DNA from: Nemertoderma westbladi
Taxonomy: Eukaryota; Animalia; Xenacoelomorpha
Direction of reading: 5' to 3'
NCBI GenBank assembly: GCA_032718475.1
Contig: JAUCBJ010007002.1
Coordinates: forward strand, 1-64,000
DNA: 64,000 bases
The notes below the pieces were generated by a model. It searched no databases. It was not told the origin of the DNA and was given only the letters and a program-made list of their open reading frames with translations. The position numbers and the translations under genes are program-made. Of the stretch, positions 37,237 through 49,278 are shown piece by piece (position 1 is the stretch's first letter; each line of letters starts with the position of its first letter).

Positions 37237-39455
37237 TTAATGGAGGAAATCGCCGCCTATATCAACGAGAGACCGCTTATGCCAGTCTCATCGAGTCCCG
37301 ATTCCCTGGAAGCGCTAACACCTGCGCACTTCCTACTGAAGAAACCTGTAGCCATGCTCCCACGATCGGAAATCACGGACGGAGACGAATACTGCCGGCA
37401 AACTTGGCAACTTATGCAGTTGTTATCCCGTCGTTTCGCTGACCATTTCGAAAAACATTATCTGCCTACGCTACAACTTCGAACTAAGTGGTTTGCGCAG
37501 CAAGAAAACGTCAGCGCCGGAGACATGGTCCTTATTGTGGAGTCAGATCTTCCACGTAAGCGGTGGCAGACGGGTCGTATCATCGAGACTCATATCTCAG
37601 ATGACGGTTTGGTGTGATCGGTAGAACTCGTCGTCATGCGACGTAACTTCAAGAAACCGGGAATCGAGACGCAGCAACTCAATCGCCCAGTTGGTCGTTT
37701 ATGTTTACTGGAAAGAGACAGAGAACTCTCCGGAAACTATGGAAGGCAAGATACTCTTCCCACGACCACTTCTCTAATCCAACAAACATCTAGGGACTCC
37801 CCAACGTGACAGCGTCTGGAGTGGGTGTGTGACTATATTATTTTATATTTTATTTTTATATTTATGTATGTATTATTACGTAATTTTTATTATAATCGTT
37901 TTATTTAATTTTCTTTAGTAGAATGTTATTTTAGCGATTATTTAGTAGATTAGTGCCATATATATATTAGTTAATTATTACTTAATTTACTCATAATATA
38001 TATTTAGTGCGACGGCGAGAAATAATTCTTTTTCTCTTTCCTTACTGTCCGTATCATATTATAAATACGTGACTACAGTAAGATGAAATCTCCGAACTTA
38101 TTAAAGTACAATAAAGCTCCTACTATATTCAAGTATTATTGGTAGGCAGAGTATTAGGAATGCAAATTTCAGATCCTCGTGTCTCGGCTAAACCAAGCTC
38201 TGGGTAGACCTTGGAAACGACTTGCCTCTTCTCACTGACATTGCTTCGTGCGATATTGCTCTCATACCGTATATTAAATAATACATATAGTAGCGTGATG
38301 TCCCTTTAACAGTAGCGTGAAACGCAAAATAAATCTGTTAAACCCTTTGACCATCTGTAATTCTAGTCGATTAAGATATCGCGGCACCCACCGATATACT
38401 TGAAAGACAAAATTCTAGAATCAGTGGTTAACGTCCCCAGACAAGTTCTGGAATAATTCGGTGCCCATCTTAAATATTGATTATTTAATATTTATAAAAA
38501 TCTGTCAAAATTCCGATCCTTTAAAAATTCTAGTCGATTAAGATATCGTAGCACTTACCGGTATTCTTAAAAAGACAAATTTCCTAGAATTAAGGATCCT
38601 AGTTCCCAGACATGCTCTGGAATAAAATTGCGTCAATTTAATATTAAATAATAAAATCTACGGGAATAAATTAAATTCATATCCTTTCATGAATTTGATA
38701 AATTGTCATTTATACAATTTATAACATTCCCAAAATTCCATTAATTAATAGATCATGGGAGCGGTGATTCACCCTATTAAGAGTATTAGTGTGCGAGAAT
38801 CTCCAATATATAGTCAATAGCCGATAAAATTCATAAAATCATATATAAAGGGGAATATTGACAATTAAAGAATTACTATTAAATAGCATTCCAGATCTGT
38901 ATGCATGAGAATTACCCTAATTCTATTGCTAGCTTTCCATAATGTCACCATAGCAACAACCACGCTAGAATTAGAAGCGAGTTAAAAGAACAATAAAAAA
39001 CTGGCCCATTGAATAACATACGGAATAGATAGCACACTGCTAGTATCCAGAGATACATAATAATAACATGACATTCTGGAAGGCACTTGACTAACGGACA
39101 AATGACCCGAATGTGTGACAGAATGTGTACAATTTGTGACAGTTGCGTGGAATTTGTGCGTTTGTAGGTGAATGTTACTACTAAGGTGTGTTTACAGTAG
39201 CGAGTCGCAGTTGTGAAAGTAGCCCTACCTCTGTAGCAAGAACCTGAAGTAAATCTTGGCCCTTGGGACGGACAGTGGAGTGACTCGCGCTGAGTATTGT
39301 TGTCGTTGTGTAGCTACTACGTTGGCGATAGACACGGCGGCGACAGTACATCAGCGCTGAGGATCTTGCACTGTCCGGGGGCAGTGAGGGGTAGGCAGCA
39401 ACGCCCGCTAGCCTAATATAATTAATTATAATATTGATAAACTCATATAGCAACG

Positions 39456-40414
39456 ATGACTGAGTTGATAGAAGATGATCTTGGTATCAGGGAGTGATAT
39501 ACCTTACCGTTACAAGCGTTTGTTGATAGCTTCATACGCGGCGATGCTAGTCCAGCTACTACGGAGGACGATGGTCGTTATATCGAACCGCCAATGTCCA
39601 AGGAACAACTCCCGCGTGAATTGGACTATAGAAAATTCACCGCTCGATATACGCAGCGTAATGGTACGTATATGGACCTCTTAACTACTGGTCATCCTAT
39701 CGATTTACACGATATGGACGATATAGACACCAAAGGGGAAATGGTTCTATTTAAATATCATACCCAGCGGAGTCGGAACGATAAACCGAGAATCGAACAT
39801 GAGAATTCTATTCGAAACCGACTCGAAAGAGAAGACGTTGAAGAGCCAGATAAACGGAGTAACTTCAGCGAATATCGGGAATTCTTGAGAGAAACCTATC
39901 TCAATATTGCCAGTCAACAAAATCTAGAAACTCGATATCCTCAAGGTATACATCATGACCCTATGATAGAACTCAAACAACTCTATTTCACTATGATGTA
40001 TCTTACCGCCGATCGACCGCTACCTGTTGTACCGGATAGCTTCGAACAGATGGAGGAATATTGTAAAACTGGAGAAAGATCACTCGCGTTTCCCCTACAA
40101 GACGTGCATCTTTGGTATTATTGCGATGAATGCCCTAGACCCAACCAACAAACGGAAAGACATAAACATCCGCGGAAACGTTGCGCTAAACACAGTTTTA
40201 CTCACTATACTTACGGGAGTTTCGAGCGAAACTTGTTTGACGTATCACCTATGCTCGTTCGACTCAGATGATCCTTAAATAAACCGATGATCAGAGTTCC
40301 GGAATACTCGATCAGACCTCCTCATTCCCTAATGAGACCTCAGACTCTTGATCCTAATAGTATGACGGATCCTCCCGAGCTGTACTCACTGTTCAAAGAT
40401 CTAGTGTTACCCTA
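39456..40414 (+). pseudogene. Extra ORF downstream of pol in family A (~320 codons, unknown function), two in-frame TGA stops
   Basis: ATG 39456 is in frame with ORF 39594-40271. Both TGA stops are CGA in A2. Homologous decayed frame in A2 at ~21122-22018 (-). Confidence 0.65.
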
Positions 40415-41059
40415 ACAATTAGTCGGTGGCACTCCGGTTGTGGGCTCCCTAGATATTCGCCCATCCCACCTAGCTGGACTGGGACGCGGACATTTAATAT
40501 TGCCGTTTAACCCGTATAATCGTCCCGGTTTAACACCGATACAACCTGTCACCCAGGTGGAGGAGAGCGTTGTACGAAACGCGTTAGACGCTATTCTACA
40601 AAAGATCAGAAAAGGAACCTACATTTGTTCAGATAAATGTAAATTGCAGCAGCAAGTCCAAGCGGTAAACGAATTAGCTTTATCTCAGTTCGATCAGGAA
40701 ATCCAGAATCTCTAAGAAGTTATCGAACTTGGACGACCCTATTCTCCTCGAGAGTTTTCGGACGAATGCATCCAACGACCAGCGGAGGAAAATCAGCTCG
40801 AGGAGAAGCATATCGAATTGGATGAGACACAGACCGTAACCCTAAACCTTCTGATGCAATTGTATTGCACCCTTCACCCAGGAGTTGTGGCCCTCCTAGT
40901 AAAGTGGCTCGCCCCAAAGAGAAAGGGACTCTTGCTAGCCTCAAAAAACTGCGTAAACGCCGTCCGCGCAAGAAAGACTAACTGTTTAGAGTATTTTTAT
41001 ATTTTAGAAACTGTGATTTTTTATATTTTATAGAATCAAATCCCATTTTCTGGGAGCGG

Positions 41060-42213
41060 TGTAAAAGCTTTTGCGGCTATAACTAGTCATTTTTCCCGCA
41101 AAGTACTCTGTAGTTGTTTTAGAGGACATAAAAAGCCATTTTTCTGTATGTGTCCTTTGGCGGACATAACAAGCCATTTTAAGCCGCAATGCGTCAAAAT
41201 ACTCTTAATACAGTGTAGTTCCAATGACGAAATCTGTCAGCTGATTTGCTGACGTGGAACTTTCCCTTGTGCTCTGGGTTCTTTGTTCGGCTCAGCTAGG
41301 CTCAGCCAATCAGAGCAATTTTCATTTTTCTTGGAAAAGAGCTATGTAAGCCGGGCAAGTCTGTGTATGTGGCAGTAGTTGTGTTTACCTTTCCTGAGCC
41401 CAGAACATCGGCTTTGGAATTATCCTTAGTTTCAGACTTTAGCCAAACATTCGACGGCTTTGATTATAGAAGCGTATAACTGTTATCAAACCACACAGCA
41501 GACCCACCGCATTATTTTACTATTTACTGCTATTTACTGTCGGTTATTAATCATTATATGTGTTGATGGATATGTTGTTATATTTAGAGAATATCGATGA
41601 ATAATCATAAAACCCCAATCTTCTTGATATACTGAAGGTTAGAGAGACTGGTTACCTGTAGCAACTGCAACTTACATTACAATGGTTTTGGAGTGAATTA
41701 AATGCTATTTCACAGTCCCTACAGGTGTCAGTTGTTATTCTCTTTATATATGATCAAATTCAGTGACGGTCGGCAGGTCAGTGTGCAGTATTGTGCGGTG
41801 GTGTGCATGAGTGTGACAGATAACAAAGCATCTCCTAAAGAATGCGCTTTATATGACAATCATTAGCCATCCCATTGTGTTTAGTGTAAGCCATAACTCT
41901 GTTTATATACTTAGAGCGCCACGTCCTAAAGGAACTGTTAATATTTCCCGAAAGTAAATAATATTTGTCAGAGATTATATTAATGACCAATCGAATAGTA
42001 CAGTAGGCCTACACCGCAATAAGGTCAGAGCCTCTGAATCCAGTCTCCCTTAACAGTGGGTGAATGGTCGCGCATAGGCTGGTTTCAGCTAGTGTAACTT
42101 TATATCGTACATGTAACAAATACTTGTTATATGCTAAAGTCGATTTATAAACTAAGACTAGAAGACACCTAAAATTAGCGGGTTAAACTGCTAAGAGTCT
42201 AAAAGCGCGAACA
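41060..42213 (+). repeat. 3' LTR of A1
   Basis: Preceded by the short purine tract TGGGAGCGG (same in A2) and followed by TSD AGTGA. Confidence 0.95.
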
Positions 42214-42214
42214 A

Positions 42215-45200
42215 GTGATGCAAACCGATGCCAGTAACTCTACCGGTACCGGTACAACGCCGGTACCCCAAAAGTTCAGACTACCCGAATTTTATGCAAA
42301 AGATGCTAGAATCTGGTTTCATGCTTCTAAAAAGTCCAATCTTCTAGCCGCTCTGCCGACGGAAACTATTTTAGATGCTGGCGTTAACGTGCTAGATTCG
42401 TTTGAGACAATTAAGCAAAATATAATATCTCATCTTGCTGATAGTGATGACTGCCGACTGCGTCAGTTGCTTGCGGCCCAGGAGTTGGGTGATAGAAAAC
42501 CATCTGCAGCACTCCGACAGATGACTCGACTGGCACCGGGTAACGAACAAATTGTGCGATTACGTTTTTTGGAAATTCTACCCCAAACTGTGGGAATAGT
42601 TCTCAGTTCGCTCGATAAACTCTCGTTGGACGATCTTGCAGAAGTGGCTGACAAGATGGTAGAACAGCAGCAGTTTCAAAACACTGCGAGTTTCTCAACA
42701 TCATCCTCTACTAACTCAATTCTCCAATAAGCCAATTTCTCGAGTTTCTGATTCGACGATTCCAGATTCGCAGCGTCTACTGTGGCAATCTCAACAGGCG
42801 CTGACAGAACAGGTCGCACAAATTGCTAGCCAACTTCGCGATTTGACAAATCAAAGTCGTAGTAGATCGCGTTTGCGTTCGCGTCCGGGATATAGGAGCC
42901 GGAGTTATTCTCAACATCGGGGGTCGGACTTGCGGACAAGTCGGTCGAGAGAGAGAAACCCGCAACCCCGACAATACGATACGAGAGGACCGTGGTGTGA
43001 GCAACATTTCCTTCATCGTTCGGAAGCCCCAAGTTGCATACCACCATGCTCATTCCGCCAGTCCTCATCGCGACGACATCCGATCAGAGGCGATAATAAT
43101 GGAGATTCGGGATCGGTTAACGCAGTCCACATTTCGGCGTCGCCTGTAGGTCAGTTCCTAGTAGATTCTGGTAGTGACTTCTCCATACTTCCCCAGATGT
43201 ATGGAAAATATTTAAGCGATAAGCGGCCCTCAATGAATATAAATTTAACAGCCGCAAAATTTGTCTAAAATCCCAACTTTTGGGGAAGGTTTATTGCGTT
43301 TTGAGTTGCCATGTTTAGGCAATAAAGAGTTCTCTTGGCGGTTTATTTTAGCAGAAGTTAGCCAACCTATTTTGGGTCTTGATTTTCTGCAAGCCCATAA
43401 TATTAGTATCGATTGTAGATCCAAACAAATTTATGTGCAAGTAACTTCAGATAACGGTGTACAAAGTGGTAGTATCAATTCTATATCCAATTCTCAATGT
43501 TCAGCAGACAATTTCTGGTTTGAAACTGTCTTTAAATTAGGCAGTAAAACATTGGTTTTGTGTTTATTGACAGTATTATCCATATTGTTGAATTGTTTAA
43601 CTAAACCCATATTTTCACGCGGTTTATTTGGTGTATGTTTCATATTATTAATGTTCAATGTGTTTGGTGTAGCACACGCAGTCTCCCATACAGTAGCTAA
43701 TGGTATTTCTTCCGGTACCACAAACCTTAGCTCGTCAATCAGTTTCCCACCCATGCAAAGTGGTAATATCTTATTGGTAAATGATAAAAACCGGTTGAAT
43801 TCTTTGCTGGAACAGTACAGTATGGTATTTAAGGATAAACTAGCTAGTGAACCAGTGAGGCATTCGGTAGAGCACCACATTCAAACTACAGGCCCTCCAT
43901 GTTTTTCTCGTCCCCGTCGTTTATTTGGCAAAAAGTTAGTAGCTGCACAGGATGAGTTTGATTGGTTACTGAAACAGGGTGTAATATCTCGTGCAGAGTC
44001 GCCTTGGTCTACTCCATTGCATATAGCAGACAAACCAGGTGGAGGACATAGACCTTGTGGAGATTACCGTGCACTAAATAAACAGACCATACCAGACACA
44101 TATCCGATGACATTGCAAATCGTTTTAATGGATGTAAACTTTTTTAGTAAAATAGACCTAAAGAAAGCTTTTCACCAAATACCTGTGGCAGAGGACGATA
44201 TTGTCAAAACATCCATAGTGACACCGTTTGGACTTTTTAAATTTAATAGAATGCCTTTCGGCTTACGAAATGCGAGTCAAACCTTCAGAGATTGCTTGAT
44301 ATGACGTTAAGTGATTTGCCGTGTGCTGTAGGATACGTCGATGATGTGTTAATCGGTAGTCCCAATGAGGAACAGCACTATCGAGATCTGAAGAGCATCT
44401 TGGAGCGTTTAAAGGCAAAGGGATTAACAGCCAATAAAAGTAAATGTGCATTTCTGGTTTCTGAAGTGAAATTTTTAGGATATTTCATTTCGAATGATGG
44501 TATAAAACCAAACCCTGGTAAGCTAGAAGCTATTGACCAGTTTAACAAACCTGACAGCGTGTATTCTTTACGGAGATTTCTCGGTATGTGTGGTTTTTAT
44601 CACCGATTTGTGCCTAATTTCTCTAAGATTGCAGCACCCCTTACAGATCTCACTCGAAACAAAAAGAAGAAAGATTCTTTAGAGTGGAATGAATCTGCAA
44701 ATAATTCATTTATTGAAATGAAATTAGCATTAAAAGCAGCAGTAACTTTATCATTTCCAGTTCCCAATGCTAAAGTTTCGTTAACCACAGATGCTTCTAA
44801 TGTTGCATTGGGCGCTGTAGTGCATCAAGAAGTTGATAATAATCTAGAACCACTGTGTTTCTATTCACGAAAACTAACATCTAGCGAGAGTAAAAAATCT
44901 GCCTTCGATAAGGAATTATTAGCTATTTATTCGGCGTTAAAGCACCATGAATGGCTTTTAGGTCAGGAGCTCACGATTTATACGGATCACAAACCCCTAC
45001 TAAGGTGTCTAGAAATGAAAAATCCCACACCGCAACAGGCTCGCTGGATATCCTAAATATCGGAATTTAACGCACAGATAGAACACGTAGCAGGTGCAGA
45101 AAACATTGTAGCCGATGCACTGTCAAGGACATGTTCAGTTATTAACTTTGATAATGAAACTTATGTGGAGTTGGCAAAGGCACAGTTGGTTGATGAAAAG

Positions 45201-46376
45201 TTACAAAAATTCTTCACTCAAACAACTATCCCTTTGAAATGCATAGTTGTATATAATGGAATGCAACTTTTTTGTGATGAGAGTTGTTCAAGTATGAGAC
45301 CATATTTACCTGAAAAATTTCGAAAGCAATTATTCCATAAATTTCATGATGTATCCCATCCCGGATTTAGAGCATCATTGAAATTAATTGCCGAACGATA
45401 CATTTGGCCGAGTATGAACAAGGATGTGAAAGAATGGTCTCGAAATTGCCAAAATTGTCAAATTTCAAAAACGACACTACATACGAAAACACCGATTGGA
45501 AGCATTCCAACCGATGGCCGATTTGAAACAGTACATATTGATTTAGTCGGTCCGTTGCCACCATCCTGTGGTTATCGGTATTTGCTGACAATAATTGACC
45601 GTTTTACTAGATGGCCAGAGGTGGTGCCCATTAGGGATATAACAACAGATTCAGTAGCAAAAGGATTTCTTTTCCATTGGATTAGTCGATTTGGTGTGCC
45701 TAGAACAATAGTTACGGATAGAGGGTCACAGTTTGAGTCAGGACTGTGGAGTAGTTTGATGAAAGAATTGGGAATAAAACGGCGTCGGACTACTGCATAT
45801 CACCCTGCATGTAATGGAGCCATAGAGAGGTTCCACAGACAGCTAAAGGCTTCCTTAAGGGCAAAGTGTAACTCATCTGGCTGGTTCAATGAACTGCCGT
45901 TAGTATTGTTAGGATTGCGCTCTGTAACCGGAATTCATAAATATTCTCCTGCTCAGTTAACATATGGAGCTGAGTTGTGTTTACCTGGAAGATTTTTTGA
46001 AGAAACTTCAGGGAATAATTCCCCGGATATTCCTAATTTTGTTGATAGGTTGTTCCTAAAAATGGATTCTTTTTCTCCACCAATCAGGAAACATTCTGGA
46101 AAGGACCATATTCCGAGCCAATTAAAAAACTCGTCGCATGTCTGGATAAAAGATGCTATCAAAAGGTCATCACTTGCACCTTTGTACATGGGGCCTTATA
46201 AGGTTGTTTCGATGACTGACAAAACCGTGACAGTATTGCGTCATAACGTGGAACAAGTCATCTCTCTGGATAGAGTAAAGCCCGCGTGTATTTCTGGGGA
46301 AAATTTAACTGTGTTAATCAAACCCATGAAACGTGTGCGATTTAATTTACTAATAAACGTGTTTGAAAAACGTTAA
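42215..46376 (+). pseudogene. gag-pol: Gypsy G gag-pol (Gag, PR, RT, RNase H, IN) with frameshifts and stops
   Basis: FLVDSGS, PCGDYRALN, IDLKKAFHQI, MPFGLRNA, YVDD, TTDAS, ELLAIY, TDHKPL, HHCC, HIDLVGP, TDRGSQF, GAIERFH, GPY. Confidence 0.95.
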
Positions 46377-46687
46377 TTAAGATAATATTTGTATTATAAT
46401 AATACTTAATTTCGACTCCTTATATAATTATAATAGTTGTGTGTATCAATTAACATTTGTTTTTGTGCTTTTGACTTACGTTAATTATATATTTGTATTA
46501 TAATGCGTAATTACTAATTTCATAATGTAACCTTTAGGATACACAAAATTATGTGTATATAGTAGTATTGGTTTATATTAGTATTAGTTTATATTAGTAT
46601 TAAGTAGTACATGTAATAATGTGTGCACTGTAATTAACATTTATTTTTTGTGAACTACTGCGCTCCGCTTATTTTTGGAGGGTGTAG

Positions 46688-46898
46688 TGTAAAGTAGCTT
46701 GATTTAATACTACCTAGGATATTCATCCCAATAAGTATAACACTGACTGCAGTACTGTAGTGTGCATACATTTTGAGTTCCATATTCAACTACCGGTACT
46801 CGACTGTAATACTGAACACAGAATTACAAAGGTTAAATAAAAATATACAAAGATACATTTGGTGACTGTTTTCAGCAGTATCAATATAGATACTTACA
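46688..46898 (+). repeat. 3' LTR of Gypsy G
   Basis: Direct repeat of 5306-5518, preceded by a purine tract and followed by the TSD. Confidence 0.95.
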
Positions 46899-46903
46899 AT
46901 GTC

Positions 46904-49278
46904 GGCTACTGCGGTTTCAAAAAATTACTATTAACTTTATATTACTTTTATATTACAATTATAATTGGCAAACTGAAAGTAAATACCGGTATATACACTA
47001 TACAGTATATATCGGTAATTAAAATCCGCCAGCATTATAGGATGATTTGTCTTGTGAGACTTTGGGTTTTTTAGAAGCTTTCAGAGACAGGCTCTTCCTA
47101 GCTCGTTTATAGTCCCTTCGTCGGCATCCTGTGGCCATTTGAGGCCCAGGTTTTAGCTTCAGTTTCCTTGATATAAGCTGGGTAGCCGACGTGCCCCTAT
47201 TGTGGACTAACGCTGTATAGTATGTATGGAATGATAGAGTTGCTTTACCCTGGAACTTATCCTTTCCCAGCCTACCCCATAGTCGTGAATGGATCGATTC
47301 GTTCTGGTTCTGCGTCATAGCAGGGAGACACCGCATTATCAGTTCACGATTCGTGAGCCTCTCATAGACTGGCATAATATATTTATGCCATTCTTCCTTT
47401 ATGAAGGGTTTGTTTTTATATTCCGGAATATCCTTTATATACTTGCACCATGATATGGGACAGTCCTTGTGCTGCTTTTTTGGGTCTTTGTAGGCTGTAT
47501 AATGATGGACTGCTGCTTTTACCTCAATAATTATTGTATCCAGGAGTGCTTCCAACTCTTTGCTTGATAAAGTTTTGTAGTCAATATCGGCAACATGGGA
47601 GACGATAGTGTTCCTGTAGAAACTACTGAGCTGGTAGATCTTTTTTTGGGTCATTCCACCGATGCCGCCAAGCTTGTGGGCTTTTCTCACGTTTTCGAGT
47701 CCATGAGTCATTCGTTTGGCCACATGGTTTATGCATTCTAGCTTCTCCACAGGATAGTCGGGGCCATATGGAGGGTTGTCTCTCAACTCAGCAAATACTG
47801 AACTATCTCCATCACTGAGGAGCTCTTTGTATCTAAGTTGGTGTCTCTCAACTGAACGGCCCCACATCTGCTTTGCTGCAAATGTCTCCATGGCAGCACT
47901 ACTGCCAGAATAATTCATATCACATTTATGATCGGGAACATTCCTTAGTTTGCTGTACTTCCTACAAATATTGCAGGACTTAGACACAATAAACACATCT
48001 AACACAGAGCCAGTTGTTGCGGACATCACAAAGCAGATACAGTACAGAGAGGTATGACCACGTTTCTGCCATGTACCGTCAAACGTAACTGCCACATTAT
48101 ATATAGAGTCAACATTGGTATCTGAATCATCGGCCGCCATGGTAGTCCATAGTTTCTGACCCTCGTTCGACGCATTTCCAAGAAATAACTTTTCGACAAC
48201 ATCGCTAATTGTCGAGATATAGCTGGACCACCTTATCCTTGAGACTGGCATTGACGATTCAAAAACTTCAGAATAGATTTCAGCGCTATTATGACTTCCC
48301 CCCATCACAAGGAATGCGAGAACAGTTCGCATATTTATCAACCGGGCACCTTCGTTGGAATTGGCTTGAGAAACATTTTGAAGGTTGTATTGAAAGGAAC
48401 AGTTATTACAGGACAGTTTTAGTGAGAAGAAATATCCCCGTGTAATATTCCGAGATATGTCCAAATGTCCAGAACACAGGTGGTTGTGTACCGCATCCAA
48501 ACTGTTCTTCAGTGAAGAAAACTCCATCACACAATGCCCCTCATAGTCATCCACAATGGGAGCGATCAGGTTATCTCCCCGTAATCCGATTCGATCCGTG
48601 GTTAAACTCCGTGGTCTCTTTTTCTGTTCCCGTAAGGAGTTGGTTACCTGCTCAGCTCCAGTCTGTTGGCTGCTAGTTCCACATTCCGGCACCACTTCTC
48701 CCCCTGTTGTGTCCCGCAGTGGTTGCTCACTTCTAATGGAACCGGTACCAGTACCTGTTTCCGAACCCAACACCACCAGTGATCCTGATTCCGAAAACAT
48801 CCTGAGTGCTTCGATTTTGGTACTGAACTCCGCCAAATCTTCCCTTCCTCGATCGTTTAGGTATTTTCGGCATATTATCACAAATTTACATTACAATACT
48901 TGCAGTAGGTCTACCTGCAGGTTTGATCAGATATTTTACACATAGGCCTACCAACTGCCCTATATACAGTAGAATAGCCTAGCCCTGCCTAGCCTTTCTC
49001 AACAACATTTCAAAATTCCCGCCGGATTATATAGCTATTAATATTGGTATGGTTTTACGTTTTCAATGTCAAAATGGAGAATTTGTGCAAAAAATGAAAA
49101 TTTGCACATAATTAGGCCGATTTAGCTCCAATTAAACGCTTATATCTTTTGAACTAGAAAAGATACAGAAAAAACGAAGGCAGCTCTGGATCCGCCTTGA
49201 AATTTTGAGCCAGAATCGGTAAAAAAATTATTTTTGAATATTTGAACCACAAGGGGTTAACCCCCCCCCCCCCCCCCC
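46904..49278 (-). mobile_element. DNA transposon carrying the transposase; probable 5' end at the TTAA|GGGG boundary. 4981-5305 is its likely continuation beyond the Gypsy insertion
   Basis: C-run 49261-49278 is followed by TTAA. The Gypsy TSD shows 5305 and 46904 were contiguous. Other terminus not in the window. Confidence 0.5.
47019..48881 (-). CDS. DDE transposase of the invertebrate 'Mutator-like' type (possibly Kolobok superfamily)
   Basis: Uninterrupted 620-aa frame with VTFDGTWQKRGHTS, GSSAAME, LSDGDSS, KLECINHVAKR, TQNQNES and Cys/His motifs. True start or upstream exon unclear. Confidence 0.8.
   Translation of the reverse strand: MIICRKYLNDRGREDLAEFSTKIEALRMFSESGSLVVLGSETGTGTGSIRSEQPLRDTTGGEVVPECGTSSQQTGAEQVTNSLREQKKRPRSLTTDRIGLRGDNLIAPIVDDYEGHCVMEFSSLKNSLDAVHNHLCSGHLDISRNITRGYFFSLKLSCNNCSFQYNLQNVSQANSNEGARLINMRTVLAFLVMGGSHNSAEIYSEVFESSMPVSRIRWSSYISTISDVVEKLFLGNASNEGQKLWTTMAADDSDTNVDSIYNVAVTFDGTWQKRGHTSLYCICFVMSATTGSVLDVFIVSKSCNICRKYSKLRNVPDHKCDMNYSGSSAAMETFAAKQMWGRSVERHQLRYKELLSDGDSSVFAELRDNPPYGPDYPVEKLECINHVAKRMTHGLENVRKAHKLGGIGGMTQKKIYQLSSFYRNTIVSHVADIDYKTLSSKELEALLDTIIIEVKAAVHHYTAYKDPKKQHKDCPISWCKYIKDIPEYKNKPFIKEEWHKYIMPVYERLTNRELIMRCLPAMTQNQNESIHSRLWGRLGKDKFQGKATLSFHTYYTALVHNRGTSATQLISRKLKLKPGPQMATGCRRRDYKRARKSLSLKASKKPKVSQDKSSYNAGGF

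Larger units (their letters stand above)
34444..37809 (+). pseudogene. pol: A1 pol part 2: rest of RNase H and integrase, with an internal deletion near 35045, stops, and the TTAA insertion
   Basis: KVPRAEL, YWTD, NPADIASRG, GVDLFGP, CRAIHLD, SDKGTNF, GGSWERL, INERPL, LTPAHFL. LRTLMEEI is restored when 35675-37240 is removed. Confidence 0.9.
5748..42213 (+). mobile_element. BEL/Pao LTR retrotransposon family A, copy A1 (near full length, decayed, carries nested insertions)
   Basis: LTRs at 5748-6894 and 41060-42213. TSD AGTGA at 5743-5747 and 42214-42218. Triple Cys-His Gag knuckles, LLDSGS protease, YMDD RT, Pao RNase H, integrase with GGSWERL. Confidence 0.95.
5306..46898 (+). mobile_element. 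Ty3/Gypsy LTR retrotransposon G (CsRN1/Boudicca/Kabuki-like), split by the A1 insertion
   Basis: LTRs at 5306-5518 and 46688-46898 (TGTAA...TTACA). TSD ATGTC at 5301-5305 and 46899-46903. PBS TGGTGACCC (tRNA-Trp-like). PPT GGAGGGTGTAG. Gag CX2HX9CX3C motif. Domain order PR-RT-RH-IN. Confidence 0.93.

Noticed and set aside
39181-39453. Antisense 90-aa ORF in the family A 3' region
   Set aside because: The homologous A2 segment is frameshifted and there is no recognisable motif.
39456-41033. env gene, or a single 526-codon ORF read with TAA as Gln
   Set aside because: No signal peptide, furin site or clear TM anchor; other ORFs here end at TAA normally; A2 has indels downstream of the first TAA.
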